Both the position numbers and the translations under genes were made by a program. Positions 1 through 9,321 of a stretch of 64,000 bases of DNA are shown here, one piece after another; position 1 is the first letter of the stretch, and each line of letters starts with the position of its first letter. The stretch is from a virus. The DNA lies in the IMG/VR virus record IMGVR_UViG_3300020182_000008, positions 40,628 through 104,627 of that record; one strand, given 5' to 3'. A model generated the notes under the pieces. It saw only the letters and a program-made list of their open reading frames with translations, was not told the origin of the DNA and searched no databases.

Positions 1-6
1 CATATT

Positions 7-438
7 ATGATTTATTGGCTTACAGGCCAGCCCGGTGCTGGTAAAACCGTTTTAGCAAAAATGTTACATAGTAACAGACTTTTAGATTTCCATATCGATG
101 GGGACGATTTAAGAGAATTAACTAATAACAAAAACTATGGTATAGAAGGTAGAGTACAAAATGTAGCTACAGCTCAAAAAATAGCTCATTATCTCCACAA
201 TCAAGGAAGAAATGTAGTTGTATCATTAGTTTCACCTTATATAGACCAAAGAGAAGAATTTAAACAAATGCTTGGAGATAAACTAGTAGAGATTTACGTT
301 CATACAAGCGAGGAAAGAGGTAGAGAACAATACCATGTGAAAGGGTATCAACCACCGTTAAATAATTTTATAGACGTTGATACTACACATGATGAACCTG
401 AAGAATCATATAGAAAAATAATATCAAATGGCAGATAA
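7..438 (+). CDS. cysC: Adenylylsulfate (APS) kinase
   Basis: P-loop GQPGAGKT, DGDDLR, VSLVSPY...RE and EIYV motifs typical of APS kinase. Confidence 0.9.
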   Translation: MIYWLTGQPGAGKTVLAKMLHSNRLLDFHIDGDDLRELTNNKNYGIEGRVQNVATAQKIAHYLHNQGRNVVVSLVSPYIDQREEFKQMLGDKLVEIYVHTSEERGREQYHVKGYQPPLNNFIDVDTTHDEPEESYRKIISNGR

Positions 439-784
439 GTATAGTTTATTTATAGGACGTTGGCAACCATGGCATGATGGTCATAAGTGGTTAATCGATC
501 AACGTTTAAAAGAAGGTAAAAAAGTTTGTATAGCAGTTAGAGATGTAGAACCAAGCAAGGATCAACCTTGGACAGCGGATGAAATTATACAAAACATAAA
601 AGAACACCTTTACTTTGAGGTAACAGAAGATAAAGTTATTATCATCAAAATCCCAGATATCGAATCTGTAAATTACGGACGAGGAGTAGGATATGAGATT
701 ATAGAACACGTTCCACCTGAAGATATAAAACAGGTATCTGCTACAAAGATTAGAGAACAAATGAGACAAGATGGTAAATTATAA
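428..784 (+). CDS. Minimal HIGH-superfamily nucleotidyltransferase (cytidylyltransferase/NadM-like; possible mini ATP sulfurylase)
   Basis: FIGRWQPWHDGH (HxGH), YGRGVG and C-terminal VSATKIR; overlaps the cysC stop. Confidence 0.8.
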   Translation: MADKYSLFIGRWQPWHDGHKWLIDQRLKEGKKVCIAVRDVEPSKDQPWTADEIIQNIKEHLYFEVTEDKVIIIKIPDIESVNYGRGVGYEIIEHVPPEDIKQVSATKIREQMRQDGKL

Positions 785-1286
785 AGTAATAGATAATTTT
801 TTACGAGATGATATATTTCAAGAATTAAAATATACTTTATTTGGAAATAGAATTTCTTGGAGTTTTAAAAATTATCTAGCTTATCCTGGAGATAATCTAG
901 GTGGAGTAAGTTTTGCTCAATATCTTTATGATCAAAATAAAATTACTCAACCTCAATATTTTTCAATTGTAGAACCTTTAATACAAAGGGCACAAATTAA
1001 CAATTTATATAGAGCTTTAGTTAATTTAGTTCCAAAACAACCAAATAATATCCCTTCAGGAATACATACGGATCATAGTTTCCCTCATAAAGTTTTATTA
1101 TATTATGTTAATACAAATAATGGATATACTATTTTAGACCCAGAAGGAGAAAATATTAAAATACAATGTATAAAAAATAGAGCATTAATATTTAATGGAC
1201 AAATCCCTCACCAAGGAGTATTACAATCAGATACTCCTGTTAGATTAAATGTTAACTTAACTTTTGAAAAACATGGTAAGTTATAA
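771..1286 (+). CDS. 2OG-Fe(II) oxygenase
   Basis: HTD motif, LLYYVNTNNGYT, NRALIF, distal H (PHQG) and R (VRLNVN). Confidence 0.8.
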   Translation: MVNYKVIDNFLRDDIFQELKYTLFGNRISWSFKNYLAYPGDNLGGVSFAQYLYDQNKITQPQYFSIVEPLIQRAQINNLYRALVNLVPKQPNNIPSGIHTDHSFPHKVLLYYVNTNNGYTILDPEGENIKIQCIKNRALIFNGQIPHQGVLQSDTPVRLNVNLTFEKHGKL

Positions 1287-1479
1287 AAGACATATTGCTA
1301 AAACGGTTAGCTGGAGAATTATAGGTACTTTAGATACTATGTTATTATCATCTATTATTACAGATAGTTGGACAATTGGATTGACTATTGGTGGAATAGA
1401 AGTAATAACAAAAACAGTTTTATATTTTTTACATGAGAGGGCTTGGTATAAATTTAGTAAATTTGGTTTAGATAAATGA
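1273..1479 (+). CDS. DUF2061 family small membrane protein
   Basis: RHIAKTVSWRIIGTLDT...YFLHERAW signature; ATG at 1273 preferred over TTG at 1264. Confidence 0.85.
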   Translation: MVSYKRHIAKTVSWRIIGTLDTMLLSSIITDSWTIGLTIGGIEVITKTVLYFLHERAWYKFSKFGLDK

Positions 1480-2030
1480 GAATACTAATTATCGCTTTAC
1501 CTAGAACGGGCTCTTCTAATCTTTTAAAAGGAATTGCTGAAGGAAATTCTCTTAATGAATCTGAGGTTTATTATGAACCCTTTCATTTAAGTAAAAAAAA
1601 ACAAGATTTAATTTATACTAAAAATACTTTAGTAAAAACCCTAATTGAACAAACTACAAATGAATTTTTATTACAATATAAAGAAAAATTTGATAAAGTA
1701 ATATTGTTAAGTAGAAAAAATCTTTTTAAAGCCACTGAAAGTTTAGCTTATTCTTTCCAATCAGAGGATTTTCATAAACCTTATAAATTTTCTTCTAAAG
1801 GTATAGATAAAAAATGGATAAAATATTCTAAGGATTATATTAAAAAAGCTTATATCCAATTATTGAACTTTAGCTCTTTAACTAAAATTCCAATAACCTA
1901 CTATGAAGATTTATACTCAGGAAACAAAGAATTTGTAAAAAACTTTTTAAAAGTATATAATATACAAGTCCAAAATTTTGATGTTATGTATGAGTGTTTA
2001 AACCCCAAAAACAAATATAGAAAAAATTAA
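1476..2030 (+). CDS. Sulfotransferase-like protein (Stf0/NodH-like)
   Basis: PSB-loop-like LPRTGSS, YEPF, VILLSR, TYYEDL; paralog of 2850-3461. Confidence 0.6.
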   Translation: MRILIIALPRTGSSNLLKGIAEGNSLNESEVYYEPFHLSKKKQDLIYTKNTLVKTLIEQTTNEFLLQYKEKFDKVILLSRKNLFKATESLAYSFQSEDFHKPYKFSSKGIDKKWIKYSKDYIKKAYIQLLNFSSLTKIPITYYEDLYSGNKEFVKNFLKVYNIQVQNFDVMYECLNPKNKYRKN

Positions 2031-2031
2031 T

Positions 2032-2850
2032 ATGAAGCATTTAATATTAGGCTCTAGTGGGCAAATTGGAGGGCATCTAGTAAAATATTTAAAAGATAAA
2101 GGAGAAACAGTTTATGAATTTGATATTATTCGTGATCCATATGAAGACTTAAGAATAGAAGATAATTTATTATTAGAAAAATATATAACTAAGTGTGATA
2201 TAGTTCATTTTTTAGCATTTGATGTAGGAGGAGCCAAATACTTAGAAAAACATCAAGACACCTCCCAGTTCATTTTAAATAATATGGGTATAATGTACAA
2301 TACTTTTAAGGTTATTTGGCAACATAATAAGCCCGTTATATTTGCTTCTTCACAAATGGCAGAAATGGGGTATTCAACATATGGAGTACTAAAGTCTTTA
2401 GGAGAAAAAGTAACTAGGGGTATAAATGGGTTAGTAGTTAAATTTTGGAATGTTTATGGATATGAAACCGATCCTGAAAAATCGCATGTTATAACTGATT
2501 TTATTAAAATGGCTAAACATGAAGGTGTTATAAAAATGAGAACTGATGGAAATGAATCAAGACAATTTTTATATGCGGATGATGCTTGTGAAGCTTTATT
2601 ACACCTTTCAAAAAGCTACTTTAAATTACCTAAAGATAAAAATTACTGTATAACTAGTTTTGAATGGACTACTATAAATGAAATAGCTGATTTTTTAGAT
2701 GTTGTATCTAGTTGTGAAGTAATTAGGGGAACTAATAAAGATAATACTCAACAAAATGCTATGAATGAACCTGATTCTTTTATTAAAAAATATTGGCAAC
2801 CTAAAATAAATTTAAAAGAAGGTATAATGAAATTATACGAAATGTACTAA
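2032..2850 (+). CDS. NAD-dependent epimerase/dehydratase
   Basis: GSSGQIG Rossmann motif, FASS, YGVLK (YxxxK), NVYG, RQFLYADD. Confidence 0.9.
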   Translation: MKHLILGSSGQIGGHLVKYLKDKGETVYEFDIIRDPYEDLRIEDNLLLEKYITKCDIVHFLAFDVGGAKYLEKHQDTSQFILNNMGIMYNTFKVIWQHNKPVIFASSQMAEMGYSTYGVLKSLGEKVTRGINGLVVKFWNVYGYETDPEKSHVITDFIKMAKHEGVIKMRTDGNESRQFLYADDACEALLHLSKSYFKLPKDKNYCITSFEWTTINEIADFLDVVSSCEVIRGTNKDNTQQNAMNEPDSFIKKYWQPKINLKEGIMKLYEMY

Positions 2851-3461
2851 TGAAAATATTAATTTTAAGTAGTGGTAGAGCTGGATCTACATCTTTATAT
2901 AAAGGTTTAAAAAATAGCATAAATGCTTCTAAAGGATATTTTGAAGTATTTGCCCCCTCGTATCCTACCTATATACCTGATAGTGGTTCTTTAAAAAAAC
3001 ATATAAAAAAACTTAATAAAACCCATTCTAATAGAGTTGTAATAGAAAAAAATTTAGTCTTCCAACCCACCCCTTTATTCCCAGACAATTCTATTAAATT
3101 TTATTGTGAGTATCTAAATAACTTTAATAAGGTAATTTTACTAGTAAGAGAAGATGTTAATGAAATAGGTAAAAGTTTTGCTTATGCTCGATTAAATGAA
3201 ACATGGCATAAAAAATATACTTTAAATAACAAATTACCTCTAGACTTAGTTAATGACCAAATAAATTTGGCTAAACAATATAATAATATTATATTCCAAA
3301 TAGCAGAACAAACTAAAATACCTATAACTTATTATAAAAACTTATTTTCAGGTAATCAAAATTATATTAATGATTTTTTAAAAGTATATGATATCAAGGT
3401 TGATAATATAGATATTTTGTATAAAGCTTTAAATCCTAGTAACCGATATAGACAATTATGA
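2850..3461 (+). CDS. Sulfotransferase-like protein (paralog of 1476-2030)
   Basis: SGRAGSTSL loop, FEVF, VILLVR, IPITYY; C-terminus similar to 1476-2030. Confidence 0.6.
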   Translation: MKILILSSGRAGSTSLYKGLKNSINASKGYFEVFAPSYPTYIPDSGSLKKHIKKLNKTHSNRVVIEKNLVFQPTPLFPDNSIKFYCEYLNNFNKVILLVREDVNEIGKSFAYARLNETWHKKYTLNNKLPLDLVNDQINLAKQYNNIIFQIAEQTKIPITYYKNLFSGNQNYINDFLKVYDIKVDNIDILYKALNPSNRYRQL

Positions 3462-4147
3462 AACAAGGTATTGTAATACAAGGACCAACTGAATATTATA
3501 AAGAATTAGCTGATTATTATTCTAAATTTGAAAATGTAGTTTGGGCTACATGGAATGACGAATCAATAACTCGTTTAGATTATATAAGAGATAAAGGTAT
3601 AGAGGTTATATTATTAGAAAAACCCATAATACCTGGTTATATGAATGTTAACATGCAGTTAGCATCTTCATATGCTGGGGTAAATCGTTTGTTTGAATTA
3701 GGAATAGATGAAGCATTAAAAGTAAGAAGTGATACTATAGTAACTAATTTAGATAAACTGTTGCCTCGTTTACAAGGTAAAAAATTAGCATTTATGGCTA
3801 CTTGTAAAGTAGGAGTTAGAAAAGATATAGCTTATGATTTAGTTTATTATCACGATAGCCATGACTACCCAGCTGATAACGTTGTTTATGGTAAAATAGA
3901 TGATTTACAAGATATGTTCAATTTCCAAATTGAAGATATGCTACCCATACCACCTGAAGCACTTATTACTTGGAATTATATGATAACCCAAGGTATAACT
4001 TTTCATTTAAGTTATGAGAATATGGTTCATGAGGGTATTAGTTTCTTTTTACAAGAATGTTTAGATGAAAACGTTGAGGTAAATTGGTTGAAACGTGGAG
4101 TTAATTTAGTAGATTGGTATAAAGATAAAACAGTATATGACTGGTAA
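3458..4147 (+). CDS. WavE-like LPS/glycan synthesis protein
   Basis: N-terminal IVIQGP, NVNMQ, ALKVRSD, D-x-VVYG; glycan cluster context. Confidence 0.5.
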   Translation: MKQGIVIQGPTEYYKELADYYSKFENVVWATWNDESITRLDYIRDKGIEVILLEKPIIPGYMNVNMQLASSYAGVNRLFELGIDEALKVRSDTIVTNLDKLLPRLQGKKLAFMATCKVGVRKDIAYDLVYYHDSHDYPADNVVYGKIDDLQDMFNFQIEDMLPIPPEALITWNYMITQGITFHLSYENMVHEGISFFLQECLDENVEVNWLKRGVNLVDWYKDKTVYDW

Positions 4148-4850
4148 AATCAAAGTTGCTTTATGTCTATCAGGAGAACCTCGAAATGATATTTATGCTT
4201 TTCCTTACATATATAAACATTTTATATCTAATCCCTTATTAGAAACTGATGTATATATACATTCTTGGAAGGATTTTGAATCTTTAGATTTATATAAACC
4301 TAAAAAATGTTTAATTGAGTATGATGGGGAAGAAATAATTGACAAGTATATATCAAAACTTCCTAACCTAGATAATGTAAGTCTCCCGGATAAACTTCCT
4401 TTAGTTAGTATTCCTATGTACTATTCTATATATAAATGTTTTAATTTAATTAAAGATCCCTATGACATTTATATAAGAATAAGATTTGATTTTTACCCCC
4501 AATTATCTTTAAATTATACTCCTATTATTAAAGATATATTAAATAAAGAGTATGATATTTTTATTCCTAAGGGAGAAATAGAAAATAAATACTGGAGTAG
4601 TATAGGTTTAGAAAAAGGGTATAATGATAGATTTGCCATATGTAATTATAAAAGTTTTAAAACTTATTCTAGTACTTTTTTAACTATACCTGATGTAATT
4701 AAACAACATAATTATCTCTCAGTTCATCATTTATTATATCATTCATTAAATTTAAAAAACTTAAAAATAAAATATCACCCTTTTTATAGTCAGATAATTA
4801 GAAAGGGAAATTTAAAAATAGATAACTATGGTTCAACTCATTATATTTGA
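4137..4850 (+). CDS. Putative glycosyltransferase-like protein
   Basis: VALCLSGEPR, DVYIHSW, YDIYIRIRFD, NDRFAI motifs typical of viral glycan-cluster proteins. Confidence 0.5.
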   Translation: MTGKIKVALCLSGEPRNDIYAFPYIYKHFISNPLLETDVYIHSWKDFESLDLYKPKKCLIEYDGEEIIDKYISKLPNLDNVSLPDKLPLVSIPMYYSIYKCFNLIKDPYDIYIRIRFDFYPQLSLNYTPIIKDILNKEYDIFIPKGEIENKYWSSIGLEKGYNDRFAICNYKSFKTYSSTFLTIPDVIKQHNYLSVHHLLYHSLNLKNLKIKYHPFYSQIIRKGNLKIDNYGSTHYI

Positions 4851-6186
4851 TTTAGATGGAGTTTTAGTTGAAGCTAAAAACATCCATTATAAGGCCCTTA
4901 ATCAGGCCTTAGGTGACTATGCTATTAGTTGGAATGAACATCTATCAACTTATGATGGGTTAAAAACATCTCAAAAGCTAGATATGTTAACTACAGAAAA
5001 AGGTTTACCTGTAGAAGATCATAAGCGTATTTGGAATGATAAACAAAAATTTACATTAGAGGCACTATCTAATTTAGAAATTGATCCTAATTTATTAAGT
5101 ACTATATCTCACTTATCAAGTGAAGGATATAAAATAGCTTGCTGTTCTAACTCAATTCGTAAAACTGTATTAACAGTACTAGCTAAATTGGGGCTAATCG
5201 AGTTTATGGATTTAATTATATCAAATGAAGATGTAACAAATTCAAAACCCCATCCAGAAATGTACTGGCAAGCTATATCTAAAATGGGATGTTTACCTGA
5301 AGAAACACTTATAGTAGAAGATTCTCCATATGGTTTACTTGCAGCAGCAAGAAGTAAGTCGTATATTCTACGTGTTAAAAATCCACAAGAAGTAACTTAT
5401 AAAAACATTACAAATAAAATAAACGAAATACAAATGGGAAATAAACAAACTATACCAGCATGGCGAGATGAAAATTTAAATGTAATTATCCCAATGGCTG
5501 GAGCAGGTTCTAGATTTAAGGCAGCGGGATATACATTTCCAAAACCTATTATTGATGTAATGGGCAAACCTATGATTCAATTAGTAGTAGAGAGTTTAAA
5601 TGTTAAAGCTAATTTTATATATATTGTTCAAAAAGAACATCGTGAAAAGTATAATTTAGATGCTTTACTAGGGCTAATTACTCCCAATTGTAAAATAGTT
5701 GAGGTAAATGGTTTAACTGAAGGAGCTGCTTGTACTTTGTTACTAGCTAAAGAGCATATTAATAATGGAAATCCTATTTTGATATCAAATTCGGATCAAT
5801 ATATTGAATGGGATTCAAATGAATTTTTCTATAAAATGAATGAATCAGATGCTGATGGGGGTATTGTTACTTTTAAAGCAACCCATCCAAAATGGTCATT
5901 TGCCAAATTAGATAAATTAAATAATATTACTGAGGTAGCAGAAAAAAAACCTATATCAGATAATGCTACTGCTGGTTTTTACTATTGGAAAAAAGGATCT
6001 GATTTTGTAGATTATGCTGAACAAATGATTGAAAAAAATATTAGAGTAAATAATGAATTTTATACTTGTCCTGTTTATAATGAAGCAATTCAAGATAAAA
6101 AAATTATTAAAAACTTTAAAATAGAAAAAATGTGGGGGCTTGGCACTCCAGAAGATCTCAGTTATTATATAGAGCACCATAAATGA
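4828..6186 (+). CDS. HAD phosphatase fused to sugar-phosphate nucleotidyltransferase
   Basis: N-terminal FDLDGVL, KPHP, EDS; C-terminal IPMAGAGSRF...PKP, NSDQ, EK, WGLGTPEDL. Confidence 0.9.
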   Translation: MVQLIIFDLDGVLVEAKNIHYKALNQALGDYAISWNEHLSTYDGLKTSQKLDMLTTEKGLPVEDHKRIWNDKQKFTLEALSNLEIDPNLLSTISHLSSEGYKIACCSNSIRKTVLTVLAKLGLIEFMDLIISNEDVTNSKPHPEMYWQAISKMGCLPEETLIVEDSPYGLLAAARSKSYILRVKNPQEVTYKNITNKINEIQMGNKQTIPAWRDENLNVIIPMAGAGSRFKAAGYTFPKPIIDVMGKPMIQLVVESLNVKANFIYIVQKEHREKYNLDALLGLITPNCKIVEVNGLTEGAACTLLLAKEHINNGNPILISNSDQYIEWDSNEFFYKMNESDADGGIVTFKATHPKWSFAKLDKLNNITEVAEKKPISDNATAGFYYWKKGSDFVDYAEQMIEKNIRVNNEFYTCPVYNEAIQDKKIIKNFKIEKMWGLGTPEDLSYYIEHHK

Positions 6187-6623
6187 TTCTAATATCACAT
6201 AGAGGTAATTTAAAAGGAAAGCACCCCGATGAAAACCACCCAGATTATATTTGGAAGGCAATTCAAGCTGGGTATGATGTTGAGATTGATGTTTGGTTTG
6301 TAGATGGTAAATTTAAACTAGGACATGATGAACCCTTATATGATTTTTCATTTGATTTATTTGATAGTTATTATAATAGACTTTGGATACATTGTAAAAA
6401 TATAGAAGCAATGGTTGCTTTAAATGAATTTCCAAATGAAAACTTAATAAATTATTTTTGGCATCAAGAAGATGATATTACATTGACATCAAAAGGATAT
6501 ATTTGGGCATACCCTGGCAAACAACCCATTAAAAATAGTATAGCAGTAATGCCCGAATTAAATAAAGATGATTTAACCAAAGCTATAGGTATTTGTAGCG
6601 ATTATATAGAAGATTATAAATGA
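6183..6623 (+). CDS. Glycerophosphodiester phosphodiesterase-like protein
   Basis: ISHRGN, EN, VEIDVW, GHD, HCKN, ICSDY. Confidence 0.75.
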   Translation: MILISHRGNLKGKHPDENHPDYIWKAIQAGYDVEIDVWFVDGKFKLGHDEPLYDFSFDLFDSYYNRLWIHCKNIEAMVALNEFPNENLINYFWHQEDDITLTSKGYIWAYPGKQPIKNSIAVMPELNKDDLTKAIGICSDYIEDYK

Positions 6624-7495
6624 AATTAAGTGCAGTAGTAGTAACACGAAATGATAATTACGGAGGTAATCTAAATGATAGAGCAACTTATTGCCTGAAC
6701 TCACTAATAGATACATTTGACGAAGTAATACTTGTTGATTGGAACTCACCTAATAATAAACCCCAACTTTGGGATATTCAAGATAGAATAGATTTTAAAG
6801 GCAATCTAAAACATATAGTAATCACCCCAGAGGTAGCCTCTATATTAACTAATAACGATCCACACGCTCAGGTATGTTGTGAAACACTAGCTCGTAATAT
6901 TGGTATTAGACGAGCTACAGGTGATTATATTGTATCAACTAATATTGATGTAATTGCTCCACGCAGAGATCAGTTAGAACAAACGATTAAAAACGAGCTA
7001 AACGATAATACATTTTATACTATATCTCGTAGATATACTGATTGGGAACAAATTGAGAAATTCCATGGTGGTGAACGTAAATTTAATGAGTGGAGAAAAC
7101 TACGTGATCACCTAATAGAAAATAGTGAAGAACGAACTACAGGTGAATCTGTAGTTGAAGGTGATAACTATAGTATTATAAATTGTTGTGGTGATTTTCA
7201 AATTGCACATAGGGATATTTGGAATGAGATAAGAGGATTTGAAGAAGAACTTATTTATGTTTTATATAGTGATACAAACGTTCAAAAGAAAGCTATTAAA
7301 CATGGCTTTGAACTTAAAGCAATTTACTCCCCAGCTCTATTCCATATATTTCATGGTAAAGGTGGAGGTGGATTTTTAGACGGCATTAACAGAAAAGTAA
7401 ACGATATGTACCGAGCAGTTACTGCTCAGGAAAAAACCGAAAATGCCGACACATGGGGATTTGAACCCATTGAAATGGAGTATGAATTACTCTAA
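6620..7495 (+). CDS. Glycosyltransferase (GT2-like)
   Basis: VTRNDNY, EVILVDW, ARNIGIRRATGDYIVSTNID, GFEE, HIFH. Confidence 0.8.
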   Translation: MKLSAVVVTRNDNYGGNLNDRATYCLNSLIDTFDEVILVDWNSPNNKPQLWDIQDRIDFKGNLKHIVITPEVASILTNNDPHAQVCCETLARNIGIRRATGDYIVSTNIDVIAPRRDQLEQTIKNELNDNTFYTISRRYTDWEQIEKFHGGERKFNEWRKLRDHLIENSEERTTGESVVEGDNYSIINCCGDFQIAHRDIWNEIRGFEEELIYVLYSDTNVQKKAIKHGFELKAIYSPALFHIFHGKGGGGFLDGINRKVNDMYRAVTAQEKTENADTWGFEPIEMEYELL

Positions 7496-7503
7496 TATTT
7501 ATA
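7495..7503 (+). promoter_or_regulatory. Putative late promoter ATATTTATA
   Basis: Motif recurring shortly upstream of probable virion-gene starts. Confidence 0.55.
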
Positions 7504-7516
7504 ATAAAATACTCTA

Positions 7517-7948
7517 ATGGATAAATTACAACTTGCAGATATCTTAGAAGGTGATTACTCAAAAGATATTAATGTTACTAATGATACAGCTATGTATGAC
7601 CCTCTAAATGAAGATGGTGAAAATCAAGAAGGTGTATTAAAATATAATACTACTATTGATGGTAGAAAGTATAAAGTTAGTTTTGATGTAAATAAAAACC
7701 CTACTAAAAAAGGTATTAAAGTTAAATTTTTTCCATTAAATGACCAAGGTGTTGAAATCACCCAACCCACAGAAGAGCAACTCGCACAACTACAAAATGA
7801 TGTTGCTACACGTTTAGCCCCCAAATTTAATGAGTTTAAACTTGAATTCGATGAAGACGAAGATGCACCTGAGAAAAATGTAGCTGCATTTCAAGTACCA
7901 TTATCTTCGTTTGTATCGTTTGTTGCAAACGTAGTATTCAAAAAATAA
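7517..7948 (+). CDS. Hypothetical protein (possible internal head protein)
   Basis: ORF after the late motif; N-terminal MDKLQLADILE. Confidence 0.7.
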   Translation: MDKLQLADILEGDYSKDINVTNDTAMYDPLNEDGENQEGVLKYNTTIDGRKYKVSFDVNKNPTKKGIKVKFFPLNDQGVEITQPTEEQLAQLQNDVATRLAPKFNEFKLEFDEDEDAPEKNVAAFQVPLSSFVSFVANVVFKK

Positions 7949-8304
7949 TGGCTAAAAGAAAGTTATTAAACTTAAGGGTTGTAGGTAATTCCGATAAACT
8001 ACTTAATCAATTTATTGATAAAAATAAAGCATATATCTTTAGAGAAACATATGCTGGGATAAAACACGCTATTAGACAAAACAAATCCATAGCTGAGATT
8101 TGTAATGTAAATACTAATAGTGCTACAGCTGTTTTACCTAAAGAAGGATGGGAAAACGCCCTTAGCTCTTCACTTGGTTACTTTGAATCAGTTGATGAAT
8201 TTGAAATGTGTAGAGATATAAACACCACACTTAAAATGTTACGTAATGTCAAAAGATCCACTTCACTCTCTAAAACAATCTCTGGATCAGCTGTTACAAG
8301 CTGA
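7948..8304 (+). CDS. Hypothetical protein with UVR-like helical tail
   Basis: Coupled ORF; YFESVDEFEMCRDI. Confidence 0.65.
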   Translation: MAKRKLLNLRVVGNSDKLLNQFIDKNKAYIFRETYAGIKHAIRQNKSIAEICNVNTNSATAVLPKEGWENALSSSLGYFESVDEFEMCRDINTTLKMLRNVKRSTSLSKTISGSAVTS

Positions 8305-8659
8305 TACTTCGATTAAGAGAAAAAACAAAAAATCCTACGATCAAAAACGAGATTTGTTTATCAACGTGATAAATCAATTCGAGGCTGCTATTACTAAATC
8401 TTATTTATTAGAAAAGGACCATAAGATTGATATGTCTAAGTATGAGGAAGGTTTTTATCAGATAATAGATTCACTTGTATTACTGGCGTTTGGTAAAGAA
8501 ATATACGAATTATTATCATTCTACTTCTATGAACGTTACAACCCAGATGGGAGTGAAAACGGGTTAATTATAGAAGAAACAGGTGAAGAGGTGTTTGTAA
8601 AGGATGCTATGGAATTATGGGATTTAATTGTTAGAGTTCAACCTGAAATATTCAAATAA
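8246..8659 (+). CDS. Hypothetical protein
   Basis: 137-aa ORF; overlaps the previous ORF by 59 nt. Confidence 0.7.
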   Translation: MSKDPLHSLKQSLDQLLQADTSIKRKNKKSYDQKRDLFINVINQFEAAITKSYLLEKDHKIDMSKYEEGFYQIIDSLVLLAFGKEIYELLSFYFYERYNPDGSENGLIIEETGEEVFVKDAMELWDLIVRVQPEIFK

Positions 8660-9282
8660 TGGGTAGAAAGCAAATAGTAATAACTAAAGAACAGCTATTA
8701 AACGCTATGAAAATGACTAAGTCAAACATGGCTTGTGCTCGTTATTTAGGTATTAGCTATATGCATTATAGTCGTTATGCTAAAAGTTATATTGACGAGG
8801 AAACAGGTAAAACACTATTTGACTTACATAAAAATCAGGCCGGTAAAGGTATTAGAAAGTTTTTAGGTGGTAAAGACCCTGATTTAAAAGCTATAATGGA
8901 TGGTGAGTTATATATTAAATCATATAACTTAAATCGTTATAAAGATAGATTAATACAAGAAGGTTATATAGAAGAATGTTGTAGTAGCTGTGGTTTTAAC
9001 GAACAACGAGTTCAAGATTACAAAACTCCACTCTTAATACATTTTAAAGACAAAAATAAAGAAAATTGGCGTATAGAAAACATAGAACTACTATGTTATA
9101 ACTGTTATTTCCTATACATTGGTGATGTTTTCAATGAAAAGCAAATAAAAAACATTGAAGAAGACGCACCAGTTAAAAAAGATGATACTGTAAATTGGGA
9201 AATGGATGAGAATATGCTTGAACATTTCAAAGACATTGGTTTAGTAGAAGACGACGAAGAAGATTATGTAGCTCGTCTGTGA
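8659..9282 (+). CDS. HTH plus HNH-type zinc-binding endonuclease-like protein
   Basis: N-terminal HTH-like ACARYLGIS; CSSCG...HFKD...ENIELLCYNC. Confidence 0.7.
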   Translation: MGRKQIVITKEQLLNAMKMTKSNMACARYLGISYMHYSRYAKSYIDEETGKTLFDLHKNQAGKGIRKFLGGKDPDLKAIMDGELYIKSYNLNRYKDRLIQEGYIEECCSSCGFNEQRVQDYKTPLLIHFKDKNKENWRIENIELLCYNCYFLYIGDVFNEKQIKNIEEDAPVKKDDTVNWEMDENMLEHFKDIGLVEDDEEDYVARL

Positions 9283-9288
9283 TTCCAA

Positions 9289-9319
9289 TTCTCGCTTATA
9301 TTTATCCCCGAAGCGAGAA
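9289..9319 (+). promoter_or_regulatory. Late-promoter motif within the loop of a 9-bp hairpin
   Basis: TTCTCGCTT-ATATTTATCCCCG-AAGCGAGAA directly before the ATG at 9322. Confidence 0.5.
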
Positions 9320-9321
9320 AT

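Noticed and set aside
8246-8304. 59-nt overlap suggesting a frameshift
   Set aside because: Both ORFs have plausible independent starts and ends, with no slippery sequence; treated as an ordinary overlap
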